A DNA stretch of 64,000 nucleotides from a virus. Its lineage: Duplodnaviria; Heunggongvirae; Uroviricota; Caudoviricetes. Both the position numbers and the translations under genes were made by a program. Under the pieces are notes generated by a model. The model did not search any database, was not told where the DNA came from, and saw only the letters and a list, made by a program, of their open reading frames with translations. The DNA lies in IMG/VR virus record IMGVR_UViG_3300015214_000028, positions 1-64,000 of that record; one strand, given 5' to 3'. This document shows positions 41,826-50,759 of the stretch, piece by piece (position 1 is the first letter of the stretch; each line of letters starts with the position of its first letter).

Positions 41826-43193
41826 ATGGGGGATATAGGGGCCGTAGTATTATTAAAGCTACTAAGGGAGCCCGACTTAGATGCTTGGGCCAGACTACGA
41901 TTAGCATACTTTGATGCGGCGTACAGTAGTATTTATGCAGCAATTAATTCATTCTACACAAAATACAGCGCCCTACCCACTTTTGAAAATTTATTAACAA
42001 GTACGCAGAGGGATGGGGCCCTAACAAGGGCTTTAACCGCTCTTCAAGAATTAGAAGTACCCGATGTAGATATTAACATTGCGGTAGACGCTTTAATCGA
42101 TCAGTTTACACAAAATGAATCTTTAAAGCTCATTGACAAATTTGTAGATAAAGTAGTAACTCTTGATTCTCAAGAAATTAAAGACGCTCTAGCTGATATT
42201 GTACTAAAACTAGACGAACAGACTCATACTAGCGAGTCTGTAGTAGTAATGAACAATGTATCCATCTTCCAAGAACTAGAGGCTAACGAGCATACTAGGT
42301 TCCCTCTAGGATTTAGTAATACCTTCGATGTAGAATTGGGCGGGGCATATCGTCAAGAACTAATTCTAGTGGGTGGAAAACGCGGAGCAGGTAAATCCAT
42401 TGTATGCTCTAACCTAGTGGCAAATCAATTAGATAGTGGAAACTCAACTGTATATTTCACTATTGAAATGACTGCCAAAGAGACGCTAGAGCGTATCATG
42501 GCAATTCAATCTGGAGTAGAGTATCAACATATCCGTAAAGGTACTCTAAGTTTTGAAGAACAATTAGCCCTAATTAAAATTAGAGCTTCACAATTTCAAA
42601 ACTCAGAGGAGTTAGTAGAAGCATTTAGAGAACATAGAAATCCAATTAAATTTGAACAAGAACTTATTCGTTCTAAACAACTAGTAGAAAATCAACTAGT
42701 TATTATTGATGACCGAGAATTAAGTCTTACTTCTGTAGATTTGCATTTACAAAAGCTAAAGGCTAAATACGGGGATAAGTTCAAATTGGCCGTAGTGGAC
42801 TACCTGAACCAGATTCAAGTTAATGGAAAAGCAGATTCTATGTACGATTGGACAACCCAAATCTTTATTAGTAAAAAACTAAAAGAATTTGCTAGAAAGT
42901 ACGATATTTGTATTTTCTCTCCTTATCAGATTGATGACTCTGGGGCTACACGGTTCGCTAAGGGTATTCTAGATTCTACCGATATTGCTCTACTTTTAGA
43001 CGCACACACTAAAGACCAAGCTAAGCTTACTTTTACAACTACTAAAATTCGTGGAGGGGCAGACTTAAAATTTAGTGTAGGAATGGACTGGAAGTGTCTT
43101 AAAATCAATCCAGCAGAAATTATTAGCCTTCCTGAAGAAGAGCCCAAGAAATTTAAGAAAGCAAAAGAGGAAGCAGGAGACTTACCATGGTAG
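41826..43193 (+). CDS. DnaB-like replicative helicase (RecA-fold)
   Basis: Walker A GGKRGAGKS; 455 aa; followed by primase. Confidence 0.65.
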   Translation: MGDIGAVVLLKLLREPDLDAWARLRLAYFDAAYSSIYAAINSFYTKYSALPTFENLLTSTQRDGALTRALTALQELEVPDVDINIAVDALIDQFTQNESLKLIDKFVDKVVTLDSQEIKDALADIVLKLDEQTHTSESVVVMNNVSIFQELEANEHTRFPLGFSNTFDVELGGAYRQELILVGGKRGAGKSIVCSNLVANQLDSGNSTVYFTIEMTAKETLERIMAIQSGVEYQHIRKGTLSFEEQLALIKIRASQFQNSEELVEAFREHRNPIKFEQELIRSKQLVENQLVIIDDRELSLTSVDLHLQKLKAKYGDKFKLAVVDYLNQIQVNGKADSMYDWTTQIFISKKLKEFARKYDICIFSPYQIDDSGATRFAKGILDSTDIALLLDAHTKDQAKLTFTTTKIRGGADLKFSVGMDWKCLKINPAEIISLPEEEPKKFKKAKEEAGDLPW

Positions 43194-44050
43194 AGGAACT
43201 TCTAGATAAAAAAGGAATTCCGTATTCCTACCAAGGCAAGGATATTGTAGTTAGGTGTCTAAATCCAGAGCACCCGGACCGAAATCCTTCACTAAGAATC
43301 GATAAAGTAACGGGTCTAGGCCATTGTTTTTCTTGCGGGTTTAAATTAAATCTCTTCAGGTATTTTGCAGAGCCAGCTAATTCTGTAAAAGCTAAAGTTG
43401 CTTTAGTAAAAGAGAAGATTACTACAATTTACAGCGATGTATACGGGCTAGAGGTTCCCAAAGGTGCTCAGCCCTATCCACGAGAGTTCAGAGATATTCC
43501 AGTAGAGGTTCTTAGAAAGTTTGGGGCGTTTAAGCACAAAGATTACCAAGATCGTATTGTATTCCCCCTTCGAGATATTCAGGGCAAAATTCGCGCATTC
43601 GTGGCTCGAACCGAGCCACATTCGCGCGACTTGCCTAGGTATAAAATCTCTCCACCCGGGGCTAGCCTACCCTTATTTCCTGAAAAGCTAAACGAGAAAA
43701 ACTCTACTTTGTTCTTAGTAGAGGGGCCTTTTGATATGCTTAATTTATATGCTAAAGGCATTCATAATGTAGCAGCTATGCTAGGAACGCAAGGGTTAGG
43801 CTCCCTTAAACAGGGGTTAAGAAAAGATAAAGTTCATTTATTAAAACTTCAAGGTGTTAGTCGTCTAGTATTACTTATGGACGGCGACGAGGCGGGTCGT
43901 AAAGCTGCCGAAATATTGGAACCAATGTTGAAAGCTGCCGACTTTGAAGTAATAAGCGTTGACTTAGCTGAGGGAGACGACCCCGGAAGTCTAGATCAAG
44001 ACACAGTTAACCAATTAATTAAATTCTATGACGAAAATTGCAGTAATTGA
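43187..44050 (+). CDS. DnaG-like primase (zinc-binding domain + TOPRIM)
   Basis: CLNPEHPDRNPSLRID...CFSCG zinc ribbon; LVEGPFDMLNLY ... LMDGDEAGRKAA (TOPRIM). Confidence 0.7.
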   Translation: MVEELLDKKGIPYSYQGKDIVVRCLNPEHPDRNPSLRIDKVTGLGHCFSCGFKLNLFRYFAEPANSVKAKVALVKEKITTIYSDVYGLEVPKGAQPYPREFRDIPVEVLRKFGAFKHKDYQDRIVFPLRDIQGKIRAFVARTEPHSRDLPRYKISPPGASLPLFPEKLNEKNSTLFLVEGPFDMLNLYAKGIHNVAAMLGTQGLGSLKQGLRKDKVHLLKLQGVSRLVLLMDGDEAGRKAAEILEPMLKAADFEVISVDLAEGDDPGSLDQDTVNQLIKFYDENCSN

Positions 44051-45560
44051 TAAGTGCCCAAATAACGTAGACTATTCAAAGTACTTTAACTTTGAATTTG
44101 AATATTATCCACTTTCTAGTAAAAAACTAACAAAGGTATTGAAGAAAGATGTTGATATTAATATTGATATTGCTGCCTATGATTATGTTATCCTAGTTGG
44201 CTCCGAAGCAGTAAAGTATTACACTACTCACACCAATGTAACAGACCATCAAGGCACTCTAGTTGATGATAAGTTTATCCCTATGATTACACCTGGGATG
44301 CTGCACTTTAAACCTGAGGCTCGTCCAGCATTCGAACGCTCTCTAGAGTTACTGCATAAAATTGTAGCGGGAGAGCGCATGGAGGTTGTAGGGGACTTTA
44401 AATGGACGGAAGATTATGATACAGCTAGGTCCCTTCTTCTACAGCTTTTGGAAGATGTTAAGGAAACAGGACTGCTAGCGATCGACACTGAAACTACAGC
44501 GCTGTATCCTCGCGATGGGTATGTTCTAGGCGTTTCTCTAGCGGCCAAAGTAGAGAAGGGTATCTATGTACATGCTGATACTCTTGATGATGAAAACTTA
44601 GCTATTATTCAGCAAGCTATTGATATTAGCACAGAAATTTATCATAATGCTAAGTTCGATAGAAAGATGATTAAATACCATCTTGGGCTTAATCTAAAGG
44701 ATAAGTATGAAGATACCATTCTTTTGCATTATCTTCTAGACGAGACTCAAGGAACACATGGCCTTAAGCAACTAGCACTAAAATACACTAAACTAGGTGA
44801 CTATGATAGGGGACTAGACGAATTCAAAAAGTCATACTGTCGCCAGCACAAAATTAAGGAAGAGGATTTCAATTATGGAATGATTCCATTTGAAATCCTG
44901 GGGGAGTATGCTGCTAAAGATGCTGCCGCCACTCTGGAGATTTACCACCTGTTTAGGCCTAAAGTTTCCCAGAATGCAAGGCTAGAAAAGGTATATCAAG
45001 AACTAATTCTACCTGCGTCCTCTGCCCTAGAAAAAGTAGAAGACTTTGGTATTCCCGTATCTAAGGACAGATTAGAGTTTGCTAATAAAACTCTAACTGA
45101 GGCTATTCAGGAGGCTTCCGATGTATTTTACAACTCGGAGGAAGTTAAGCGCTTTGAGGAAATTCAGGAGAAACCTTTCAATCCTAATTCTGTACAACAA
45201 CTTAGGGAATTTCTTTTTACTTATCTAGGATTAAATCCTTTAAATAAAAAGACTAGTACTGGTGCTCAATCAACCGATGCAGAAGTTCTAGAAGATCTAG
45301 AAGACCAACACGAACTAGTTCGTCAAATTATTAAAATTCGTAAACTAGGTAAACTAAAAAATACCTATGTAGATAAGTTACTTTACGAGATTGATAGGGA
45401 CGGCAGAATTCGTACGGGCTTTAATCTTATTAGTACTACTTCAGGTAGGCTATCTAGCTCTGGTAAGTTCAATGCTCAACAAATTCCTAGGGATGACCCA
45501 CGCATTAAAGGTTCAATCGTTGCACCCCCGGGTTACAAAATTGTATCTCAGGATTGGTAA
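44028..45560 (+). CDS. DNA polymerase I (family A), N-terminal fragment: 3'-5' exonuclease domain through the first Asp of motif A
   Basis: Exo motifs (LAIDTETTALY); RKLGKLKNTYVDKL; TSGRLSSSGKFNAQQIPRDDPRIKGSIVAPPGYKIVSQDW aligns to E. coli Pol I ...IRQAFIAPEDYVIVSADY then stops. Confidence 0.8.
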   Translation: MTKIAVIDKCPNNVDYSKYFNFEFEYYPLSSKKLTKVLKKDVDINIDIAAYDYVILVGSEAVKYYTTHTNVTDHQGTLVDDKFIPMITPGMLHFKPEARPAFERSLELLHKIVAGERMEVVGDFKWTEDYDTARSLLLQLLEDVKETGLLAIDTETTALYPRDGYVLGVSLAAKVEKGIYVHADTLDDENLAIIQQAIDISTEIYHNAKFDRKMIKYHLGLNLKDKYEDTILLHYLLDETQGTHGLKQLALKYTKLGDYDRGLDEFKKSYCRQHKIKEEDFNYGMIPFEILGEYAAKDAAATLEIYHLFRPKVSQNARLEKVYQELILPASSALEKVEDFGIPVSKDRLEFANKTLTEAIQEASDVFYNSEEVKRFEEIQEKPFNPNSVQQLREFLFTYLGLNPLNKKTSTGAQSTDAEVLEDLEDQHELVRQIIKIRKLGKLKNTYVDKLLYEIDRDGRIRTGFNLISTTSGRLSSSGKFNAQQIPRDDPRIKGSIVAPPGYKIVSQDW

Positions 45561-46740
45561 CAAGTCCCCTTCAGCAGTAATGTTGAAGTAAACACCCCTC
45601 TAACTGCTGGAATATCATTAGAGCCTTCAAGCTACAACGCAACTGGAAACGGTAATCGTGATAGCCTAAAAATTGAAGGATTTGACAATCAGCAGCCAAG
45701 CCCCGCATTACAAGGGGAAGGTTCAGAGACTATCCGAAAGGAGTAGAGTATGCAAAATAGCAAGCTCGAAATGGGGGGCAGCCTCTTTACGCTAGCCGAA
45801 ATGGCGCGTAAATGGTTTGTAGAGAATAACGTAGAAGTTCCAAAAACTTCAAAAGAATGGGCATCTAGGTCTGTAAACAGGGGGGAAATCCCCCCGGGCA
45901 CAGCTGTGATGACTTTAAGAAACTCGTATGGTATTACTCCTAGAGTATTTTTAAACATACTAAACGGTAAAGACCCTGAAGTCAATAAGTATAAACAAAA
46001 CCAAATTACTCCCGATAATTCTCAAGAACTAATAGGTTTAGAAATTATTGATACTGAGTACAGAAATGACAATGTGCATAAAATTAGTAGAACTAAATGC
46101 TGTCAATGCGGTTTTGAAGAAACTTTAGACAACGGGACTTTTGGTAGAATGCTAGCCAGTAAAAATAAATATTGCAGGATATGCAGAGGTGCTAGTGGAA
46201 AAGAAAAGCCCCTGTTTATTTTTGATAGGTTTGAAGATTTTATTCCTATCAAACAAACTGCAAATAAAAAAATATTATACAGGTGCATTACTTGTGATAA
46301 TAATATTTTACGTGGCACTGGGTATAGTTTACAAGCAGAATACTTAGTTTGTGAGCATTGTAATCCCAAAATTATTAGTGGGGCTAAACTTGAAACACCT
46401 GAGGGTGTTTTTGATTCTAAAATTGAATACTTAGCCTATCTAAAATTAGTAGAAATTTTACCAGACACTTTTAGTATAGAGCGACAAAAATCCTACGATA
46501 GCCTATTCGGCACTAAAACTAAACATACTGCAGATTTTTATTTACCCGAGTTAGATCTAGTTTTAGAAGTCACTACAAACAGTAATAACCTAGGGGCCAA
46601 GTATTCCAAAACAATGTTATGGAAACTAGGCATATCTAGTAAAGTTAAACTAGCCCTGTCAGTTAAAGAGGTTGAAGATATAGTCCGGCCCTTATTGAAA
46701 AATAGGGGGATAACCGTTAACCACAGCAGAAGTTTATGTA
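45558..46740 (+). mobile_element. ~1.18-kb insertion splitting polA inside motif A (intron or free-standing endonuclease insertion; mechanism unresolved)
   Basis: Pol I homology stops at 45557 and resumes at 46741 in a different frame. The insert carries a Cys-rich endonuclease-like ORF. Confidence 0.6.
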
Positions 46741-46784
46741 GCCTCTGTTCTATCAGGAGACAAGAAACTTCAAGAAGTTTTTAA
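45750..46784 (+). CDS. Cys-rich putative homing endonuclease (344 aa; two CxxC...CxxC zinc ribbons) inside the polA insertion
   Basis: CCQCG...CRICRG and CITCDNN...CEHCNP; C-terminal DFYLPELDLVLEVT (possible nuclease core). Same frame as the polA N-fragment; its 3' end overlaps the start of the C-fragment. Confidence 0.45.
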   Translation: MQNSKLEMGGSLFTLAEMARKWFVENNVEVPKTSKEWASRSVNRGEIPPGTAVMTLRNSYGITPRVFLNILNGKDPEVNKYKQNQITPDNSQELIGLEIIDTEYRNDNVHKISRTKCCQCGFEETLDNGTFGRMLASKNKYCRICRGASGKEKPLFIFDRFEDFIPIKQTANKKILYRCITCDNNILRGTGYSLQAEYLVCEHCNPKIISGAKLETPEGVFDSKIEYLAYLKLVEILPDTFSIERQKSYDSLFGTKTKHTADFYLPELDLVLEVTTNSNNLGAKYSKTMLWKLGISSKVKLALSVKEVEDIVRPLLKNRGITVNHSRSLCSLCSIRRQETSRSF

Positions 46785-47496
46785 GAGCGGAGGCGACCTT
46801 CACTCTACAATTGCAAAGATGGTTTTCAACCTTCCTTGCGAGGCAGATCAAGTAAAAAAGCTGTTTCCAATCCAGAGGCAAGCAGCGAAAGCGATTACAT
46901 TCGGAATCCTATACGGTTCAGGGCCGTCTAAAGTAGCAGAGAGTGTAAACAAAGAAGGGGGTAGCATGACTGTCTCCGAAGCGGAAGAAGTTATTCAGCA
47001 ATACTTTGATACATTCAAGCAACTAAAGAAATGGATTACTAGTACAAAAGCTGTTATTGAGCGCGATGGATTTATTTACACAAGCCTAGGAAGAAAAAGA
47101 CGGTTGGAAAATGTATTTTCCTCAGACCGCGGCATTGCCAGCCACGAAGTCCGTTCCGGACTAAATGCTGCGGTCCAGGCTACCGCTAGTGATATCAATT
47201 TGTTAGCGCTTATTAATGCTCAAAAAGAACTAGAAAAACGCAAGCTAGACGCTAATATCTTTATGCTGGTGCATGACTCCATTGTAGCACTAGTAAAAGA
47301 TGAGTGCGTTGAGGAGTACAAGCAAATTCTAAAAACTTGTACTCAACAGGACTACGGATTTAGTATTAGCGGATACCCTATTGGGGTAGATCAGGATGTA
47401 GGGCAGGACTACTCTTTCGGTTCTTTTGACGAGAAATTTGGAGAAGAATATGCTAGATTTATCGAAACTAAAGTGGCCGATTTATCCGCTGCCTGA
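46741..47496 (+). CDS. DNA polymerase I (family A), C-terminal fragment (motifs B and C)
   Basis: [32 protein letters not shown] aligns to [45 protein letters not shown] (motif B) and LVHDS (motif C). The first ATG is at 46819, but homology starts right after the TAG at 46738. Confidence 0.75.
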   Translation, partial: [251 protein letters not shown]

Positions 47497-47956
47497 CTAC
47501 TATCAACTGCAGCAGGACTTAGTAGGGTCATACGTAATTAATTTTAAAAATAATAAATTATATGTAGACCCTACTTCTATAGAGCAGCCCAGCCTTGCTA
47601 GACGAAGGCTGGCGCTCTCTTCTAACCCAGAACAAAAACTATTACGACTAAAAAATCCTTTGAATAGTTATGTTGATATGATTAATTCGCCGCATAAGCG
47701 ATTTATTGATTCTAGTGGTAGAATTATCAGATATCAAAAATCTAGAACAGCTAGACTAGCTTATTATAAAATTTCTTCCTTTGAAGAAACAACAATGGGT
47801 TACGTAATTAATGTCCAAGGACTACATTGTAAGTTTTTTATAAATCGCGCGCCGAAACTTCACGAGAAATATGCCGGAATTCTACACGTGGGTAGAGGCT
47901 TTGTGTTATACAGCTTAGAAGCAGAAAAGCACAAAGATACTTTTAGAAAAATATGA
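47450..47956 (+). CDS. hypothetical protein (168 aa)
   Basis: ATG at 47450 with RBS GGAGAAGA. The track's start at 47426 overlaps the end of polA. Confidence 0.4.
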   Translation: MLDLSKLKWPIYPLPDYYQLQQDLVGSYVINFKNNKLYVDPTSIEQPSLARRRLALSSNPEQKLLRLKNPLNSYVDMINSPHKRFIDSSGRIIRYQKSRTARLAYYKISSFEETTMGYVINVQGLHCKFFINRAPKLHEKYAGILHVGRGFVLYSLEAEKHKDTFRKI

Positions 47957-49668
47957 AAAAAGCAGTAATTAGAAATAGAATTATACTACACACGGATGAT
48001 GAACTAGCTAAGAAAATTATAGATGAACTGACCCATAGGATTCCTCCTAGAAATCATATGGAAACAGTTAAAATTCTAAAATTGTGGAATAGAATCACAC
48101 CTAGTACATATTCAATTCCTTCTGGTCGTATGGACTTAATCCCAGAAGACTATGAAATAATTGATAAACGTGCAGATGTGCCTATCGAGCTTCCAGAGTT
48201 TAAATTTACTTTACGTCCTTCCCAAATGGACGTTTATAACGAAGTTGATTCTAGCTGCATTATTAATGCGGCCCCTTCCTACGGAAAGACTTTTACAGCT
48301 CTAGCTCTGCTCAGCAAACTAAAACAAAAAACTTTAGTAATAACGCATACAACAGCGTTAAGAGATCAGTGGGCGAGGGAGGTTGAGAAAGTTTATGGGT
48401 TTAGTCCTGGAATTATTGGTAGTGGTAGATTTGATATTGTTCCTGACATTGTTATTGCGAACACACAAACTCTAGTTAAAAAGCTTCCTGAGGTTAAGGA
48501 TAAGTTTGGCGCATTAGTGGTGGATGAGTGTTTAGACTACGAAGTAAGCATTGACACCTCTGAAGGACCTATGAAACTGGGGGTTATCGTAAACAATAAA
48601 TTAGCTGTTAAAGTGCGTAGTTTTGATTTAGAAACAGGTAAAGAAGTTTTTAAACCAGTAGTAAACTGGTATAGGAACCCAGAAACAAACTGTTTAAAAA
48701 TAAAAACAAGTATTAGCACCTTAAAGGCCACCAGTAATCATTCTATATATGTAGAAAAAAATGGTGAAATAGTTAAGTTACGGGCAGACGAATTAAAGGT
48801 AGGGGATAATTTGGTTTTGTCGCTTTCTACGCATAACAATATTGAGGTTACCCCAATCAAATCTATTGAACCTAGCACTTTAACTGGCAATCACAGATAT
48901 AATATTGAAGTAGCTGATACGCATACATACTATGCTAATAGTATTCTTGTAGCTAACTGCCATCATTCCCCTTCTTCTACCTTCTCAGAGATAGTTGATA
49001 AGATGGAATCCAAATATAAAATTGGATTGTCTGGCACTATAGTAAGAAAAGACGGACAACATGTTGTTCTTCCAGGCTACTTTAGTAGTAAATTAATTCA
49101 ACCTCCGGCGGAGAACGCAGCTACTCCCGTAATATTTACAGTAGCTTCTAAGATTCCGTTTCCTTCTGGAAGTACTTGGGGAGAGCAGGTTACTAACTTA
49201 GAATGCTATACTCCTGAATACCAGCAGCTAGTAGTAACTCTAGCCGACATGGCGGCAGATGCCGGACATAAAGTGTTAGTTGTAGCCTCTAGGGTTGAAT
49301 TTTTGGAGAAAGCCCCCGGCATGTGTAAGAATAGTGCTATTTCAATTACGGGCTCTGTAAAGGACTTAGAAGAGCGCAACGATCTTCTAGCTTCCTTATC
49401 TAGTAGTAATTCAATTCTTTTTGGAACCATGTCTATTTTTAGCGAAGGCATTTCACAAAACGATCTAAGCTGTTTAATTTTAGCCACCCCTATTAATAAC
49501 GATTCTTTGCTAGAACAATTAATTGGGCGGGTAGTTCGTATTAAAGAAGGAAAGAAGCAGCCAGTAGTTTTTGATATTCATTTGGATGGTGCCATGACTA
49601 AAAGACAAGCAAGCAGTAGAATGGGCTTCTATATGCGAAAAGGCTTTGAAATAAAAAAATTGACTTGA
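47953..49668 (+). CDS. DExH-box (superfamily 2) helicase containing a mini-intein
   Basis: Motif I AAPSYGKTF. Motif II is DE-[intein]-CHH, which becomes DECHH after splicing. Helicase C-terminal motifs (ILFGTMS, QLIGRVVR). Confidence 0.7.
   Translation: MKKAVIRNRIILHTDDELAKKIIDELTHRIPPRNHMETVKILKLWNRITPSTYSIPSGRMDLIPEDYEIIDKRADVPIELPEFKFTLRPSQMDVYNEVDSSCIINAAPSYGKTFTALALLSKLKQKTLVITHTTALRDQWAREVEKVYGFSPGIIGSGRFDIVPDIVIANTQTLVKKLPEVKDKFGALVVDECLDYEVSIDTSEGPMKLGVIVNNKLAVKVRSFDLETGKEVFKPVVNWYRNPETNCLKIKTSISTLKATSNHSIYVEKNGEIVKLRADELKVGDNLVLSLSTHNNIEVTPIKSIEPSTLTGNHRYNIEVADTHTYYANSILVANCHHSPSSTFSEIVDKMESKYKIGLSGTIVRKDGQHVVLPGYFSSKLIQPPAENAATPVIFTVASKIPFPSGSTWGEQVTNLECYTPEYQQLVVTLADMAADAGHKVLVVASRVEFLEKAPGMCKNSAISITGSVKDLEERNDLLASLSSSNSILFGTMSIFSEGISQNDLSCLILATPINNDSLLEQLIGRVVRIKEGKKQPVVFDIHLDGAMTKRQASSRMGFYMRKGFEIKKLT
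48529..48957 (+). mobile_element. mini-intein (143 aa, Hint domain) inserted in helicase motif II
   Basis: Begins CLDYEVSIDT (block A) right after VVDE. TxxH block B (LKATSNHSIY). Ends NIEVADTHTYYANSILVAN followed by CHH (blocks F/G, terminal Asn, +1 Cys). Excision restores DECH. Confidence 0.7.
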
Positions 49669-49693
49669 CTTTTTGAGTTGATGGGCGTATAAT
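49665..49693 (+). promoter_or_regulatory. sigma70 promoter TTGACT-N17-TATAAT
   Basis: Read directly. Confidence 0.6.
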
Positions 49694-49699
49694 ATTAAT

Positions 49700-50077
49700 A
49701 TGCTGCATGATGGCGTTATGTTCTTTGATTGGAAGTTACTGTACCAATCAGCTAAGGGCGATAAGAAAAAATTAGTACAAACAGTAAAGAATAAGCTATT
49801 GAAGCCACACTACTATAAAGTGCCTGACGGATATAGTTTTTTAGCTAATCCCGTAATTTTGATGGAGTCTTCCAAAAGAAATACGGTAAACGAGGTATAC
49901 GACTACATTAGGTTGGCAAGTATTCGAAACTTTTTCGATGCAGAATTTAATAGGGATTTAACTCTATCTCTGCTATATGTTCCAAACGATGTAGACGTGA
50001 GAAACAACAGACTATTAATAGTTAAAGAAAACAAAGTATTTTTTAGATACGAAAAAGGACTAAGTACATGGGACTAA
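49700..50077 (+). CDS. hypothetical protein (125 aa)
   Basis: Track ORF. Confidence 0.4.
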   Translation: MLHDGVMFFDWKLLYQSAKGDKKKLVQTVKNKLLKPHYYKVPDGYSFLANPVILMESSKRNTVNEVYDYIRLASIRNFFDAEFNRDLTLSLLYVPNDVDVRNNRLLIVKENKVFFRYEKGLSTWD

Positions 50078-50709
50078 AATTTAATCAAACGCAAGGTAAA
50101 GCTCAAAAAGGCGCAGCATCATATAAATTCAAAGACGGAGAAAATGCTATCCGTATCTTTGGAGACGTACTACCGCGGTATGTATACTGGCTAAAAACTA
50201 AAGACGGTAAAGACATTCCTATGGAGTGTCTAGGATTCGATCGCGAGAAAGAGAAATTCACTAATCTAGAAAAAGATTGGGTACGGGAACACTTTCCTGA
50301 GCTAAAGTGTGGTTGGGCATACGTTATTCAGGGTTACGACATTGCAGAAAAGAAGGTCGTAGTTATCAATCTTAAGAAAAGGCTTTTTGAACAGGTTATT
50401 AACGCAGCAGAAGATCTTGGCGATCCTACAGACCCAGATACTGGTTGGGATTTAGTCTTTAAAAAGGTAAAGACTGGCCCCCTACCTTTTAACGTCGAGT
50501 ATAATCTACAGGTACTACGTTGTAAAAAGCGTGCTCTTAGCGATGAGGAGCGTGAACTAATCGCAGCAGCTCCCACCATTGACGAATTAGTCCCTCGGCT
50601 AACTCCTGACGAACAGAAAAAAATTCTAGAAGAACAAGTTCTAGGCAATGAGAAAGATGAGGAATTACCTCCAGAAATGGCAGGTAAAGAAACTCCTAAA
50701 GATCTATAA
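50068..50709 (+). CDS. putative single-stranded-DNA-binding protein (acidic C-terminal tail)
   Basis: 213 aa. C-terminus EKDEELPPEMAGKETPKDL resembles an SSB acidic tail; position within the replication module. Confidence 0.35.
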   Translation: MGLKFNQTQGKAQKGAASYKFKDGENAIRIFGDVLPRYVYWLKTKDGKDIPMECLGFDREKEKFTNLEKDWVREHFPELKCGWAYVIQGYDIAEKKVVVINLKKRLFEQVINAAEDLGDPTDPDTGWDLVFKKVKTGPLPFNVEYNLQVLRCKKRALSDEERELIAAAPTIDELVPRLTPDEQKKILEEQVLGNEKDEELPPEMAGKETPKDL

Positions 50710-50719
50710 TTATAAGACT

Positions 50720-50746
50720 GCCGGGGCTAACCCCCCGGCTTTTTTA
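50720..50746 (+). terminator. rho-independent terminator
   Basis: GCCGGGG-ctaacc-CCCCGGC followed by TTTTTTAT. Confidence 0.7.
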
Positions 50747-50759
50747 TCTGGGAGCACTA

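Noticed and set aside
45561-45749. Searched the start of the polA insert in all frames for the missing SQIELRI codons
   Set aside because: Every frame hits stops within 30 nt. The weak similarity of SQELIGLEII (46019-46048, inside the endonuclease ORF) to SQIELRIL is probably coincidental.
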